Source: Camelus dromedarius (Eukaryota). Taken from it: a stretch of DNA of 64,000 bases. Under the pieces are notes generated by a model. The model did no database searches and was not told the DNA's origin. It saw only the letters and a list, made by a program, of their open reading frames with translations. The DNA lies in the NCBI RefSeq assembly GCF_036321535.1, contig NC_087437.1, positions 74,588,001 to 74,652,000 on the forward strand, read 5' to 3'. The position numbers were made by a program, and so were the translations under genes. Shown here in pieces: positions 52,335 to 63,900 of the stretch. The stretch's first letter is position 1. Each line of letters opens with the position of its first letter.

Positions 52335-52868
52335 TGCTGTGGCTGTTTGGGGTCTTCTGTGGTTCCTTGTGAATTTTGGAATTGTTTGCTCTAGCTCTGT
52401 GAGGAAAGTCGTAGGTATTTTGACAGGGGTTGCATTGGATCTGTGGATTGTTTTGGGTAGTGTGGCCATTTTGATAGTGTTAATTTTTCCAATCCAAGAG
52501 CACAAGAAATCTTTCCACTTCTTTGTATCATTTTGTTTTTCAGAGTATAGGTAACCTCCTTGGTTAGGTTTATTTCTGGGTATTTTGTTGTTTTTGGTGT
52601 AATGGAAATGTTTATGCCCATTATAAAATTCTGGTTTTTGAAGTGAAAAAAAAAAGTGAATGAAGGACCCCAAATGGCAAAATATCCTACTTTCTTAGGG
52701 ATGAGTTGTATTCCATTACATACACACACACACATATATACATATATATATATATACTGCATCTCCATAATCTATACAACTATTTATGTGCACTTAGGAT
52801 GCTTCCATATCTTGGCAATTATAAATAATGTTGCTGTTAATAGCAGGGTGCATGTATCTTTTTGAATT
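52335..52868 (-). mobile_element. Two non-colinear L1 fragments (ORF2 piece and 3' piece)
   Basis: ORF 52263-52673(-) contains KKWKDFLCSWIGKINTIKMATLPKTIHR; 52670-52868 matches L1 3' antisense sequence. Confidence 0.8.
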
Positions 52869-52992
52869 AATTCTTATTTTGTGGTTGGCTTTATTCCTTT
52901 GATAGCTATGTAAGTTTAAAAGGCTAAAGTTCTAAACGTTCTTAGACACAATGAACAGTACATATATGTAAATTTTAAAATATATGTGCAGG

Positions 52993-53515
52993 AAAAAAAA
53001 AAAAGAAATGAGCTATCAAGCCACGAAAGACACGGAAGAAACTTAAAGGACATATTACTAAGTGAAAGAAGCCAGTCTGAAATGGCTACAAACTATACAA
53101 ATGACATTCTGAAAAAGGCACAGCTACAGAAACAATAAAAAGATCGTGTTTTCCAGGGGTCTGGGGAGAGGGAGAGAGAGAGGAATGAATAGATGGAACA
53201 CAAGGGATTTTTAGGGCAATGAAATTATTCTGTATGATAGTATAGTGGTGGCTACATGTCATTATGCATTTGTCAAAGCCCATAGAATGTACAACATCAA
53301 GAGTGAACCCCAATGTAAACTATGGACTTTGGTTGATAATAATGTGTCCATGTTGGTTCATCGATTATATCAAATATGCCACACCAATGAGGGATGTTGA
53401 GGGTAGCGAAGTATATATATGTGTGGGTGGGGAGTGCTTTGTGCAAACTCCGTATTTTCTGCTCAATTCTGCTATGAACCTGAAATGCTCTAAAAAACTA
53501 AAGCCTATTAAAAAG
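52993..53515 (+). mobile_element. L1MC1/2-like 3' end
   Basis: AAATGAGCTATCAAGCCACGAAAGAC...GTGAACCCCAATGTAAACTATGGACTTTGG. Confidence 0.85.
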
Positions 53516-53574
53516 TGATACTCAGAGGGAAAAAAACATCCATAAAATAGTCCACATACTCCCCAAAATAAGGA

Positions 53575-54250
53575 ATGGTACTACATTTAATCTAAGGTGC
53601 CAGTATCAGTAGTATAGCTCACCATTGTATTATCCATCCCAAAGGAAAAAACAAAAACAAAAAATACCATCAATTATGACAAAATGCTTTTCTATCAGTT
53701 AGAATTATTATCTTATGCCTATTGAAAATGTTTTTCAGTTTGCTTAGACATAAATTTCTATTATATAGCATTTTTGTACTTATATAAAAAGGAAGGTATA
53801 AGTGAAATAAATTGGTCAAAATATCTCCAGTACTTCACATTCAGAGGCTGACTCATCTGAAACACTTCTCAACTCGGTCTCGTTGATGCCCGTGTTTTTG
53901 CCACTAATCTCAGCCATTTTGCAATCAAAGCAAAAAAATACTCCACTGTGATCTCTGGGTACTTTCCTAATCTTACTATAATGTGTCAATGTATGGTTTC
54001 CAAACCACAAGTAGGACTTATACAGTCTTTCTCAAATGTTCCTGAAATGGCCTGTTGACTGAAACTTTGAGCCAAAGTTGTGTAGTCATGCCACCGGAAA
54101 TAACCTAGGACTCCCATGTCTCAGTAACAGTTAACAAGGCCATGCTTGTCTGCCTGACTGACAGTTATTGTGAGATGCTCCAGACCGTGAGACACACCTC
54201 AATTTCAAAAAGTTAAAATGCACACAAATGTGACACATGGCATATGGTGA
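53575..54250 (-). mobile_element. Ancient Tigger/pogo-like remnant
   Basis: ORF 53816-54010(-) has an acidic tail (ELRSVSDESASECE) resembling a pogo transposase C-terminus; weak terminal similarity. Confidence 0.4.
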
Positions 54251-54664
54251 CTAACTTCACTTTTCTTTTATTAGGTATCAGTAGGAAAATGCCCAGTTTG
54301 TTTTGGTATGAGCGCACTGCAAGTCTCCCTGCTAAGCGCTGTAACACACAGAATCGCTCTTTTACTACTCAATAGCATGGCGTGATTTTATTTTAAGTAA
54401 TAAACTTTTAAACTCCAATGGCTGTTGCTATCAGAGGTTAATATAAAAAAAGCTAAGGTCAATAGAAACAGAAGCCCCTTTCAGGCTGAACCACATGCAG
54501 AAAAAATGTCGTAAGTTCAGTTAAGAAGAGATGTCGTGGGTCAGTTTGGTTTTGCTCTTGACTACTTGTAAATAAAAGATTCTGTGAATCTTCCAGACTT
54601 TTTCCTATGGGACTGCTATACAAGCAAATGGCTTAAATAGAGAAATTTAAGAATTGACAATTTA

Positions 54665-54886
54665 TGGAGGGTGAGAAGGGAGTGGGATTTCAAAATGTAG
54701 AAGAGATAAACAAGATTGTACTGTATAGCACAGGGAAATATATACAGGGTCTTGTGGTGGCTCACAGCAAAAGAGAATGTGACAATGAATGTATGTATGT
54801 TCGTGTATAACTGAAAAATTGTGCTCTACACTGGAATTTGACACAACATTGTAAAATGTAACTCAACAAAAAAAAAGTTTTAAAAA
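54665..54886 (+). mobile_element. Young 5'-truncated L1 3' end
   Basis: TGTACTGTATAGCACAGGGAAATATATAC...GACACAACATTGTAAA; TSD AAGAATT(G/C)ACAATTTA at 54649-54664 and 54887-54902. Confidence 0.87.
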
Positions 54887-55419
54887 AAGAATTCACAATT
54901 TAATATGCTTGTGTTAAAAAAGAAAAAAATCACATTAGATATCATTATTTAGCATTTTTTGAATTCCTGAGGTCTTGTAATAGGTTATAAAATACAGTAT
55001 TAAAGATAATCCTATAATCCTTGGGAGAAAAGGTTGGCTTTTTCAACCCTAGCATGAAAAGATGGGGCTGCCTGTATTACAAGTCAATTCGCACTCTTAG
55101 AAAACCCATTAAAATAGCTGGATATTATGCTCAAATCTCTTAAACTCCTTTGATGCAAAATGGGGATTGGAAACCTGACTACAGAGAATGTTTTAGACCT
55201 GTGCATGGTTAAATTTACTCTTAAATTTGAGATAGCAAGCAGTCACCCTGAAGAAGAGAGCATTGCACTGTTTTTTTTTTCCTTCTAGCAGAATAATAAT
55301 TCAATAATAAATATATCTAAATTTAATTATTAACTAAATAATAAAAACAAGAAATCAAAGTCAAATAAACTTATCTGATAAATGTCTCTTTATACTCCAA
55401 GGGAAGGGAAGCTGAAGAT

Positions 55420-55610
55420 AACTGTCAGCATTCTCCTGGGCTCTCGACAGGCATTATCTCATCCAGTTCTCACAGTATATTCATGGGGTGGAAGATTTTG
55501 ATAACCAAGGCTTGGGAAACCTAGATCTGACGTCTGAGATCATGAGGCTAGTGAAGCAGGGCTGAGACTGGAACCCAGTCTGTTCAGCCTTCTCAGTTTA
55601 TGCTCTTTAC
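55420..55610 (-). mobile_element. MIR fragment
   Basis: GGCATTATCTCATCCAGTTCTCAC...GCTAGTGAAGCAGGGCTGAGACTGGAACCCAG. Confidence 0.5.
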
Positions 55611-58519
55611 AGCCTCACACCTGCTAACAGATGATCAACCTACCAAAAGTGATACTTTCTGCCTCCATATAATCCTAGATTTCTCTAAGAGAAAGAGCTA
55701 AGAAAGACACTAACCCATATGGAGACACAGGCAGAAATTCTATGTCTATTCCATCTGCTACTAAGCTTAACAGTCTAGTTATCAGTTTCTACCATGCTCT
55801 CTGGCTGTAGGTTACTTTGCTGACACTACTAATTAGGTCCTTTCCCAGGACCCAGTAAGGCTATTTGGGAACCTTCGACCTCCCCTCTTCACTCTACCAG
55901 TCCTCTCTTTGTCTGCCCCTCTGCCTTTTCCAACACTGGATAATTGGAAATGGAAAAACCTAATAGAGGAGAAAGTGCTCCTACCCCCTAGTTTTATAGC
56001 CTAGAGTCCTGGGGATTTAACAATCGGGTTTATTCCTGGAAAGATTAAACAGCTTCCTGCAGCTTCACCCATAATTATGAGGATTCTTGCAAATCCAACT
56101 AGAGTTCAGGGTGTTTTCACTACAGTATACTCCATCAGACCCTGCGGCAGCCACGCTTCAAATAGAACGAATCCCTGATTCTTTTCCAGATGTGATTTTT
56201 TCCCCCTTCTCTCTTTAAAGACCTTCTCGTTCTATGTATTGAGGCAGCAACAGGAAATCTGTTCGGCTTTCCTCCTCCTTCCCTCCTACTCTATTTATAG
56301 TTCCAAATGTTGCCATGTTGCCAGGTGTCAGCAACAAAATTAAAGAGGGACCATTAGAGTCTCTCCAAGCTGTTGTTGCTACTAAGGGCGCCTCTAATAT
56401 TTTACATTAGAAAGTTGCAGTGCAGTTGCGATTATTCAAATATCCTGGACATTTTAAAGATGCTGAATGATTTACTCTTTTCTGAGCCCCAAACAAAGCC
56501 TCCTTCTGTGCTGTGCACATTTAAGCTGCTAATATCAAAAGAATTGAGCCTGGGGGAGTCATGATTCAAGCTGAAACCCTCCATTGAAAGGACCTGTGCT
56601 AGCTCGAGTGTACTCAACTTCACATGGTGATAACACAGATGAAGTAGCTCTGCTTTAACACCAAAATGGAGCAAGTGCTTACGATGGTAATTCCCATGCC
56701 TTTCAAAGCAGGCGCACACATTCATCAACAAGTTCAACTCATTTATCTAGAAAATGAGAATGGTTTTAATTAAGAGATTAAAAAAAAAAGGCTGCTTTCT
56801 GTATTGCTCTTGCTTAATTAGCTTTATCATGGAAGAAAACAGGAAACTCAGAGCCTACCAAATTTCATCACTGTGACAGGAAGTGTCTGCAGGTGGGTAT
56901 GTAAAGGGACGGGGCTCTCCGAATAACCCATTATAATAAAGCTTATATTTTGGCCAGTGGGTTAGTTAGGAGTGAGACATAACCAGGTGCTTCCATCTCC
57001 TCCCAATCCTGCCAGTGTAGGGGAAAAAAAAAAAAAAAAACAAATCACAAAAAGTAACTATGAGTTTTCCAAACTATAAATGATCATGAGGGCCTGATTA
57101 TAATGGAGACATCTGATATTTGGAGCTTGAACTCACCAGACCTGATTTGAAAGTCAGCCTGGCATTTGTAAGACCGAATGAGGGGAGTGGAAAGAGAGAT
57201 GAGGAAACTAGATTTCTCTGCTACTGTTTGCTTTGAGCAAGTCTATGCGCTTTACAGTTAATTCTCACCAAAGCCTTTGGGAGATAAATATTTTTACACC
57301 AATTTAAAAGATGTTGAAAACAGTGTCCAGAGGCTCTGGTCACACACAAACATAAGGCTAACCAACCCCAAACCACATGCTAATCATTATATGCAGGTGG
57401 ACAGTCAAACCCAAGTCGGTCTGGCCTCAAAGGCCCTGCTCTTTCCACTCTGCATGTTGAGTTTTGCTTTTTTTGTCAAGAACTATTCTGGGAGGGAAAA
57501 AAATTTAGCCGGTATTAACAATGTTTTTAAATACGTGTAGTTACGCTTTAATGTGTTTCAGTTCTAAAAATCGCAGAAGTACTAACAGCAAAGAAGACAT
57601 GACTAGATATCCAGGAATGAAAGCAATTCAGAATCCTTCAGGACTGGAATTAAATGAGACTCCAGAGATCATTTTGTGGCCTTCCACAAAAAATGATTAG
57701 TTTATCAAATTATCAATTTCCTTTACAGCATTCCCGGAGAGAAATGTTACCAGTTACTTCTAAATTGTGCGTCAGGTTCCCACCACTGAACTAGGAACTT
57801 AATTATATAAAATCAAATATAATATCTCAGACACATTCCAGCCCCTACCCCCAATTCCCACTCCACAGTCCAAGTCCGTTTGCACCAGCCGACTTTTGGC
57901 AGTTGAGGGTAAGGCTGTTCCCAAATCTCATTGTGTAAAAGTATTAGCATAAACATTAACCTATCCAGAATCTAGTGGTATTTTAATTGCTCCAGGCTTA
58001 GCTAGTCTGGGGTATTTACTCTCTGTACCTTTTTGGTGGTTGGTTTCGTGATGCGTGTGGAGGGCTACTGACAAAAGCTGCTTCAAATGTAAAACTTTAC
58101 GAAATTTCTGAAGACCTTTTTTCTCTGACAAAAAAGGCTCTATGAGACAAAACACTTCGTTTTCAGAGTCCCAGGCTGTTAATACTTAAATTTTCTCATC
58201 TCCTTTACAACTAAAATCAGTGTGTAAATACTTTTATTAAAATGCAGACAATTTGTGCTGTTTGAGGCTTTTCAAGAGCTTAGAGAATAGTAGGTTTATT
58301 TGCAGCTACCTCTTATTGATTTTTCTGTCCTCTTTAGGATTAACTGATTTGCTTCAAATAAGATTTTTGTACTACCTGCACCAGAGAGAATTTCAAAACC
58401 TCAGTAGAGAACTTAAAGAAATAAAACATATACAGAAAGTATCATAGCAAATAAATATTTATTTTTCTTTATTTTACTTTGCAAGTTATTCCAAAGAGAT
58501 TTCTAAATGGTACGAATGA

Positions 58520-58559
58520 GTCTATGGCCATACCACCCTGAACGCGCCCGATCTCGTCT
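58520..58559 (+). pseudogene. Tailless, 3'-truncated 5S rRNA retropseudogene (nt 1-40)
   Basis: GTCTATGGCCATACCACCCTGAACGCGCCCGATCTCGTCT equals mammalian 5S nt 1-40 with one CpG transition; perfect TSD AAATGGTACGAATGA at 58505-58519 and 58560-58574; no poly(A). Confidence 0.95.
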
Positions 58560-58656
58560 AAATGGTACGAATGAAACACATGGTTGTGGAAATAAAGCAA
58601 GACCAACCAAAGGAGAAAAGCCAAAGCTGCTCACTCAGAGCTTTTTATCAAAACGG

Positions 58657-59077
58657 TGCATTGGTGCAAAAACTCGGAAGCTTCCTGAGTGAACACTGTA
58701 ACTGGCCCCCAAACACAGAGGACAGAGGCTGACGACAGAGGCAGCCACCCAAGATTGGTACAGCAGGTTTAACACGCAACACAACTTACTTACGAAGCTT
58801 GGCCACGGCAGCCACAAAACAAGTAGATCACTGCACCCACCACAGAATCTTAAAAGTTTATATGGAGGCCGTACCTGGGTTCACTCACGTCCACAGTCGA
58901 GATGGTCTCAATCACACCTTGCTGTCTCAAGGCTGCATCCTTGAAAATGGTTCCAGCTGCAGGAATGGTGGGCAGAACATACATCCCAAGGACAGGGGAG
59001 GAGTGAGAAGCGTCTGATTCCTGGATCCAGCTCAAAGGTCGACGAGTAGGCACGTCCTCTCTATGACCTCCCCCGCC
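58657..59077 (-). mobile_element. 3' LTR of the class III provirus
   Basis: Minus strand: polypurine tract GAGGGTGGAG (59078-59087) directly upstream; CATATAAA box; GTTAAA poly(A)-signal variant. Confidence 0.7.
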
Positions 59078-59099
59078 CTCCACCCTCGTGACGGGCTCC

Positions 59100-60000
59100 T
59101 ACAATTTCACACGCCCTCCTCTTCCGCAGCGTGCCCAGAAAGGTCAGCAAGGGGCTCCACCAGCGTGTAGGTGGCTCAGGCTCTCCGCCTGCGCTGAAGG
59201 CAGATACCACAGCAGCAACAGAGGCACATGCATGAGACAACACCTATTAGGATAACGATTCCCAAAATAAGTAAAAATTTCTTTCCACCAAGAGTCCCCT
59301 GATCCAGATCACTGATTTATTAAATCTCCTGGGCTGAGGGTTAGATCACTTAGGAAATTTACTTGTGTCTCCATGTGACTTAGTAAAGATGATACATTAG
59401 CAGATTCATCAGGTATGAACACACAACACTGTTTGGGTAATGGCACAGATGATTCCTTGTGAGGCAGTAATAATGTCCAAGGCCATCATACTCTCAGCAA
59501 AATGTCCAAATACCAAGAGACATGTCAGTGTTCAGTAAGGACAGGCTTTGCTGGCTGCCATTAAGGTTTGCTGGGTGATTTAATAAAGGCTTCTGTGTGT
59601 GGAATAATGTCCTCCAGGCCAGAGGCGGACCAGGACGGCGGCCAGATGATTATACCAGTGGGAAACAGGATGTGATCATTGGGCTCGAGGAGAGGGAGGT
59701 TAGCAATTTTTGTTACTGTGGGAGGATTCTCCCCTGTACCCAGGGGAACCCAGGGTCCCACGGCCCAACCACCCAGGTAGAAGCCATGACTACCTATTCG
59801 GGGCTACCCAACAAATACCTGGGAGGTACACCTGGGAGGTATGACCAACCAGTGCCCAACTAGTCACTATCCTTTAATCTGACAGAATGACTACACAGTT
59901 CCAATGACATTCACCCCATAGCCCTGATGTAACTGTGTTGGTTCTGTTTAGAGTGACTTTTCTGTCCCCAGCAGAGGGGTGCCTGGGTTCAAATGTCCAT
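59100..60000 (-). pseudogene. env: Degenerate retroviral env (gamma-type TM, HERV-S/PABL-like)
   Basis: Manual translation across frameshifts: LLPGWLGRGTLG; HWYNHLAA...GLEDIIPHTEA; MALDIITASQGIICAITQT/CCVFIPDESANVSSLLSHM (immunosuppressive domain plus CX6CC); membrane anchor FLLILGIVILIGVVSCMCLCCC. Confidence 0.88.
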
Positions 60001-60689
60001 AACCCTGAGTGAGCGCTATGAACCCATCTCAAGTCTAAGCATAGCCACCCGTGGCTCTGATGGTGGTACTTTTAGGACCCTTCAGGTCAGCAGTTTGATG
60101 GGCTGCCTGTGTAGGTTCACAGAAAAAGAACACCCGCGCCCAGTGTTACTGATACTGTGAAACTCAGGCCAGGTTTCTGGATCAGTATTGGTGACATCAG
60201 GCGAATTAAGACTACTAGCCCTACCTTGTTCTTCCTCAGTGTACTGCTGCAGGGCCTTCCAGTCTCCTCCCGGGAGTGCTGATACCCACCATCAAGTCCT
60301 GACGAGCTAGAGGGGCAGCTGCCCACATACCCAATAGCTGGATGGATTGCTTTACCAGGCACACACGTGGGCCCACTGTAGACAGATATTTCCATAAGGT
60401 GCCCATCCCATGACCAGATGCCACAGGAGCAGCAGGAGTCCAAGATCAAAAAAAATATGTAGTAAGAACTGTATAGAATGGTCTTCTTTTTCTGTAAGAA
60501 TTACACTTCTGGCCTGAGCCTTAGATGTAAATGTGGCTGCAGCTTTAGGAATGTGCCTGGTTTTGCACACACGTTGGCCAGAGGAGGCAGCGCTGTCAGG
60601 CCTGAGGAGATGGACTGGTAGGGGCAGGTGTGGCAGGTCTGAGGTCATGTTCAGGTTTTAAGGCTTTCCACAGGCCAACAACATAGCAT

Positions 60690-61715
60690 TGGCTTGCTGG
60701 TCTGTCTTTTCACATGGACTCCTGGTAGCAATGACGTCAAACCACACTTGTTTCTGGGTTACTTTTGCCGAACCCTATATAGAGGATTGGGATAGCCTTT
60801 TGGCTTTTCAAGTTCCCTCTCCGTCTGCCTTTCCCATAGCTCATACCTGTTCCCGGGAATCATCGGTTTCCCCCAGATCAGCAATGGATTGCCCAACACC
60901 ATAAACATCTTGTTCTATGACTGGGCTCAGCATGGATACCAGCATCTTGTAGCAGGTGCTGAGGATAGACTTGAAATATTTTTGCTTTCACTTCTGCAGT
61001 GAATGTGACTGGATCGGGACCTTTAAAGGCAGGGGCATAGATTGTCTGTCTCATTCCCAACTCCCTAAGAATTTGTTGTATCTCCTGTATAGGTTTCCAG
61101 GTTCCCACATGCCCAGGGAGGTTCCCCATCATTGGCCAAGCCTCTCTACAGGCTAGAACAATCCAATCTACTAGGGGTGAGTTCCTTGAACCGCCTGAGC
61201 ACCATGCAGGCCCTTCCAGAGGGCAGGGTGTGTGGTGACGTTGCTCATCTTCTCTGCCTCCTGCCCAGTCAGAGAACCACCATCACACCCGCGTCCCATC
61301 GTCACACCAGCCTGGCGGGGCCTCTCCCTGGCCTTTCCCTGGAACTTGGTGGCTATAACAGCAAGCTTAGGTGAGTCTATTCTCTCCTGAACATTTCCCA
61401 AGCTGGGTGTTGCCCTGCTGCCTGGGACTACAGTTGCTGTGCTTGCCTTTCCTCTGCACTAGGGACCGGACTGTGGGGGGGATTTTATCCATTTCATCAT
61501 CGATCACCGCAGTATCCCCCTCTTCATTCTCCTCACTAGACCAGGGAGTTCACCTCCTAGTGTCCCAAATAGGTAGCCTCATTTCCCAGGAGGTGCTACT
61601 TTTTGTGAGATAAACGAAGCTCCAAGAAGCCTTCTCTCTGAATATGTTGAAATTCAGATGTCTTCAGTTTAAAGTAATCTTCATATCAACTCTGGAATTC
61701 CAAGTTGGTCCCCTC
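60690..61715 (-). pseudogene. gag: Degenerate ERV-L/HERV-S-like gag
   Basis: LTGQEAEKMSNVTTHPALW (ORF 61171) and QEIQQILRELGMRQTIYAPAFKGPDPVTFT (ORF 60878) resemble the class III gag motif LRExGM...GPED.xFT. Confidence 0.7.
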
Positions 61716-61926
61716 CATTTATAGCTGGCTGGCTTCCTGGGCTGTTTATTATAGATAAGGAGGTTGATTTCCTGCACAGGTTCCTGCAGGTTGGGAGCCA
61801 CAGTTCTATTTGTATATATGGTCCAGCCATTGTCCGTTTGTATATTCAGTCTCTCATGGTCATATGTGATACCATTTTGCAGGGAAGAAAGGACAGACCC
61901 TTTTTCTTCTCCTTTTCTTATATATA

Positions 61927-61929
<3 letters not shown>

Positions 61930-61993
<64 letters not shown>
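61930..61993. repeat. Compound (TA)n(GA)n microsatellite
   Basis: Directly visible. Confidence 0.97.
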
Positions 61994-61997
<4 letters not shown>

Positions 61998-63330
61998 TAA
62001 ATGTAGGCATATGTACCTGAGGTTTAAAGAAATTCAGAATAAATATGGAATATATTCAGCATAGCCAGCTTCTTTCTGTTTCCAATTTAACTTTGCTGCA
62101 ATTAGACTGTATTTGAAGAACTGCATCCCTTCACCAATAGACACCAAGAGAATGTAATGAAGATGAATAAAGGGGAGAAAAATTTAAAGGTAAATGAAGA
62201 CAGACTCGGGAAACGGTTGGTGCTTTCACTGGGAAGGACTCTTGCAGTGACTGAGCATCTGGCTTTAACCCAAGAAAAGAGTCACTGAGGATGCCTGGCA
62301 AGGTGGTAGAGAAAGACAGAGGCAGAGAGAAATAGAATAAATAGGAAAAGACAATGAGGCTCAATAATTCCAATTAGCATTTAATTTTCTTACTATCCAA
62401 AGTGGTTAGAATGATCCTCACCCACACAGGCCAGTGTCTTTCTCTGTCTTTTCCTCTACCAACTCTAAATTGGATTTTCTACCATTCTGAGACTAACCAC
62501 AAGGTCTCATTCTCATTGAGAGAGAGTACAGAGGCTTACAGGACAAAATCAGTTGCCCAAGCAAAATAATAAATTGCAAGGAAAATAAAAAGTAGAAAGA
62601 AAACGTTATTAATGGTATCAGGAGAAAGAAGAAGTGCAGTGAAAATGTTGCTCTCTTTTTACATGGGATACTTCATAGCTGATCTCTCTAAATAGACTAG
62701 AAGTTCTCAAACCTCAATCTTAACTTTTTAAACAAGTCACTGCAATTTCATACACGTAATATGCACCATCTATACCAAAAGAGTGGCAGACAAGTCAAGA
62801 CTGACTTGTCTTGGGAAGAAAATGTTGAAATGTGTTTTAGATAGAGAGGGCTAATTGGCATCCAACTTAAAATACCCAAGAAATTAGCCCACACTGCCAA
62901 GCCATTAGCTCTGACTAAGAAATACTGGAAGACAGGACATCTGTGCTATGCCTGAAAAGGGCAGAAGTTACGTTCATTTTTAAAGAAAAATTGTCATAGC
63001 CCCATAAATCATAGACTATTCAGCTTCACTTGAAGTCCCAAAAAGATATTGGATTTAATCTTCATATAATTAATGCAAAAATATCAACAATGCCAGGTAC
63101 GGAAGAATGCTCAGCCTGACTCTCTGAAGGAGAAATCCTATTAAACCCACTGGCTATTCGAAGACAGCTGACAGGTTATGTAGATAAGGTGAATACAATT
63201 GATGGAATGCTGCAGACTTTAGTAAGGTCTTAATTCTAAAATACCTGATTTTTTTCATCAATAAAAAAGGCTTAGAGTTATAGTATGGAGTTTGTAAAAT
63301 TTAGGTGAAGACTTCAAAAGTTCAGGAACT

Positions 63331-63496
63331 TGGTGGGGAAGGTATAGCTCAGTGATAAGAGTGTGTGCTTAGCATTCATGTGGTCCTGGGTTCAATCCCC
63401 AGTACCTCCATTAAATAAACAAATAAATAAACCTTATTTCCTCCCTCCTTCAAAAAAATTTTTTTTCTCTAAGTAAAATGTCAGCCTTTCCAAAAA
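63331..63496 (+). mobile_element. tRNA-Ala-derived SINE (Vic-1-like) with extended tail
   Basis: GGTGGGGAAGGTATAGCTCAGTG...GGTTCAATCCCCAGTACCTCCA; TSD AAAAGTTCAGGAACT at 63316-63330 and 63497-63511. Confidence 0.92.
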
Positions 63497-63699
63497 AAAA
63501 GTTCAGGAACTCAATATTGCCAAAAGGACATTTCAAGGAGTGCCCCATTTAAAGGCAGATATTTTGGTCACCTCCTGAAGCCCCACCATTAGTCAGGAAA
63601 AGGCACCTTTCTCCCCAGCAGACTGGCCCTGGTTCAGCCCCTACTTATGACTTGCCTAACAGACTTAATGTAGGACAAACTGTATAAGCAGGTAGCCTG

Positions 63700-63900
63700 A
63701 TTGCAACTCCCTTTCTCCACAGCATATAACAGCTTATAATATACTATATAGATTAACTTATCTTGTTTATTTTTGGTCTCTCACTAGAATATACGCTCCA
63801 TGATGGCAAAGATTTTTGTCTGTTTTGTTCACTGTCATGTCACCAGCATCTGGTGTGCCTGAATAATCACGGCAGTGCTTAATAAATGTTTGCTTAAGAA
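63700..63900 (+). mobile_element. L2 3' end
   Basis: ACTAGAATATACGCTCCATGATGGCAAAGATTTTTGTCTGTTTTGTTCACTG...GTGCTTAATAAATGTTTG. Confidence 0.8.

Larger units (their letters stand above)
58585..61856 (-). mobile_element. Older solo LTR split into two arms (58585-~58650 and ~61719-61856) by a provirus
   Basis: Outer termini TGTGG...TCTCA with 4-bp TSD TGGT at 58581-58584 and 61857-61860; both arms match the two ends of one recalled eutherian LTR, family name not secure. Confidence 0.7.

Noticed and set aside
58520..58559. Functional 5S rRNA gene
   Set aside because: Only 40 of ~120 nt; no internal control region or terminator; flanked by a TSD.
58502..58574. CRISPR-like repeat-spacer-repeat unit
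   Set aside because: Only two 15-18 bp repeats in mammalian DNA and the spacer is 5S rRNA; explained as a retroposition TSD.
59100..60000. Syncytin-like domesticated env
   Set aside because: Multiple frameshifts and stops, a degraded furin site and a frameshift within CX6CC.
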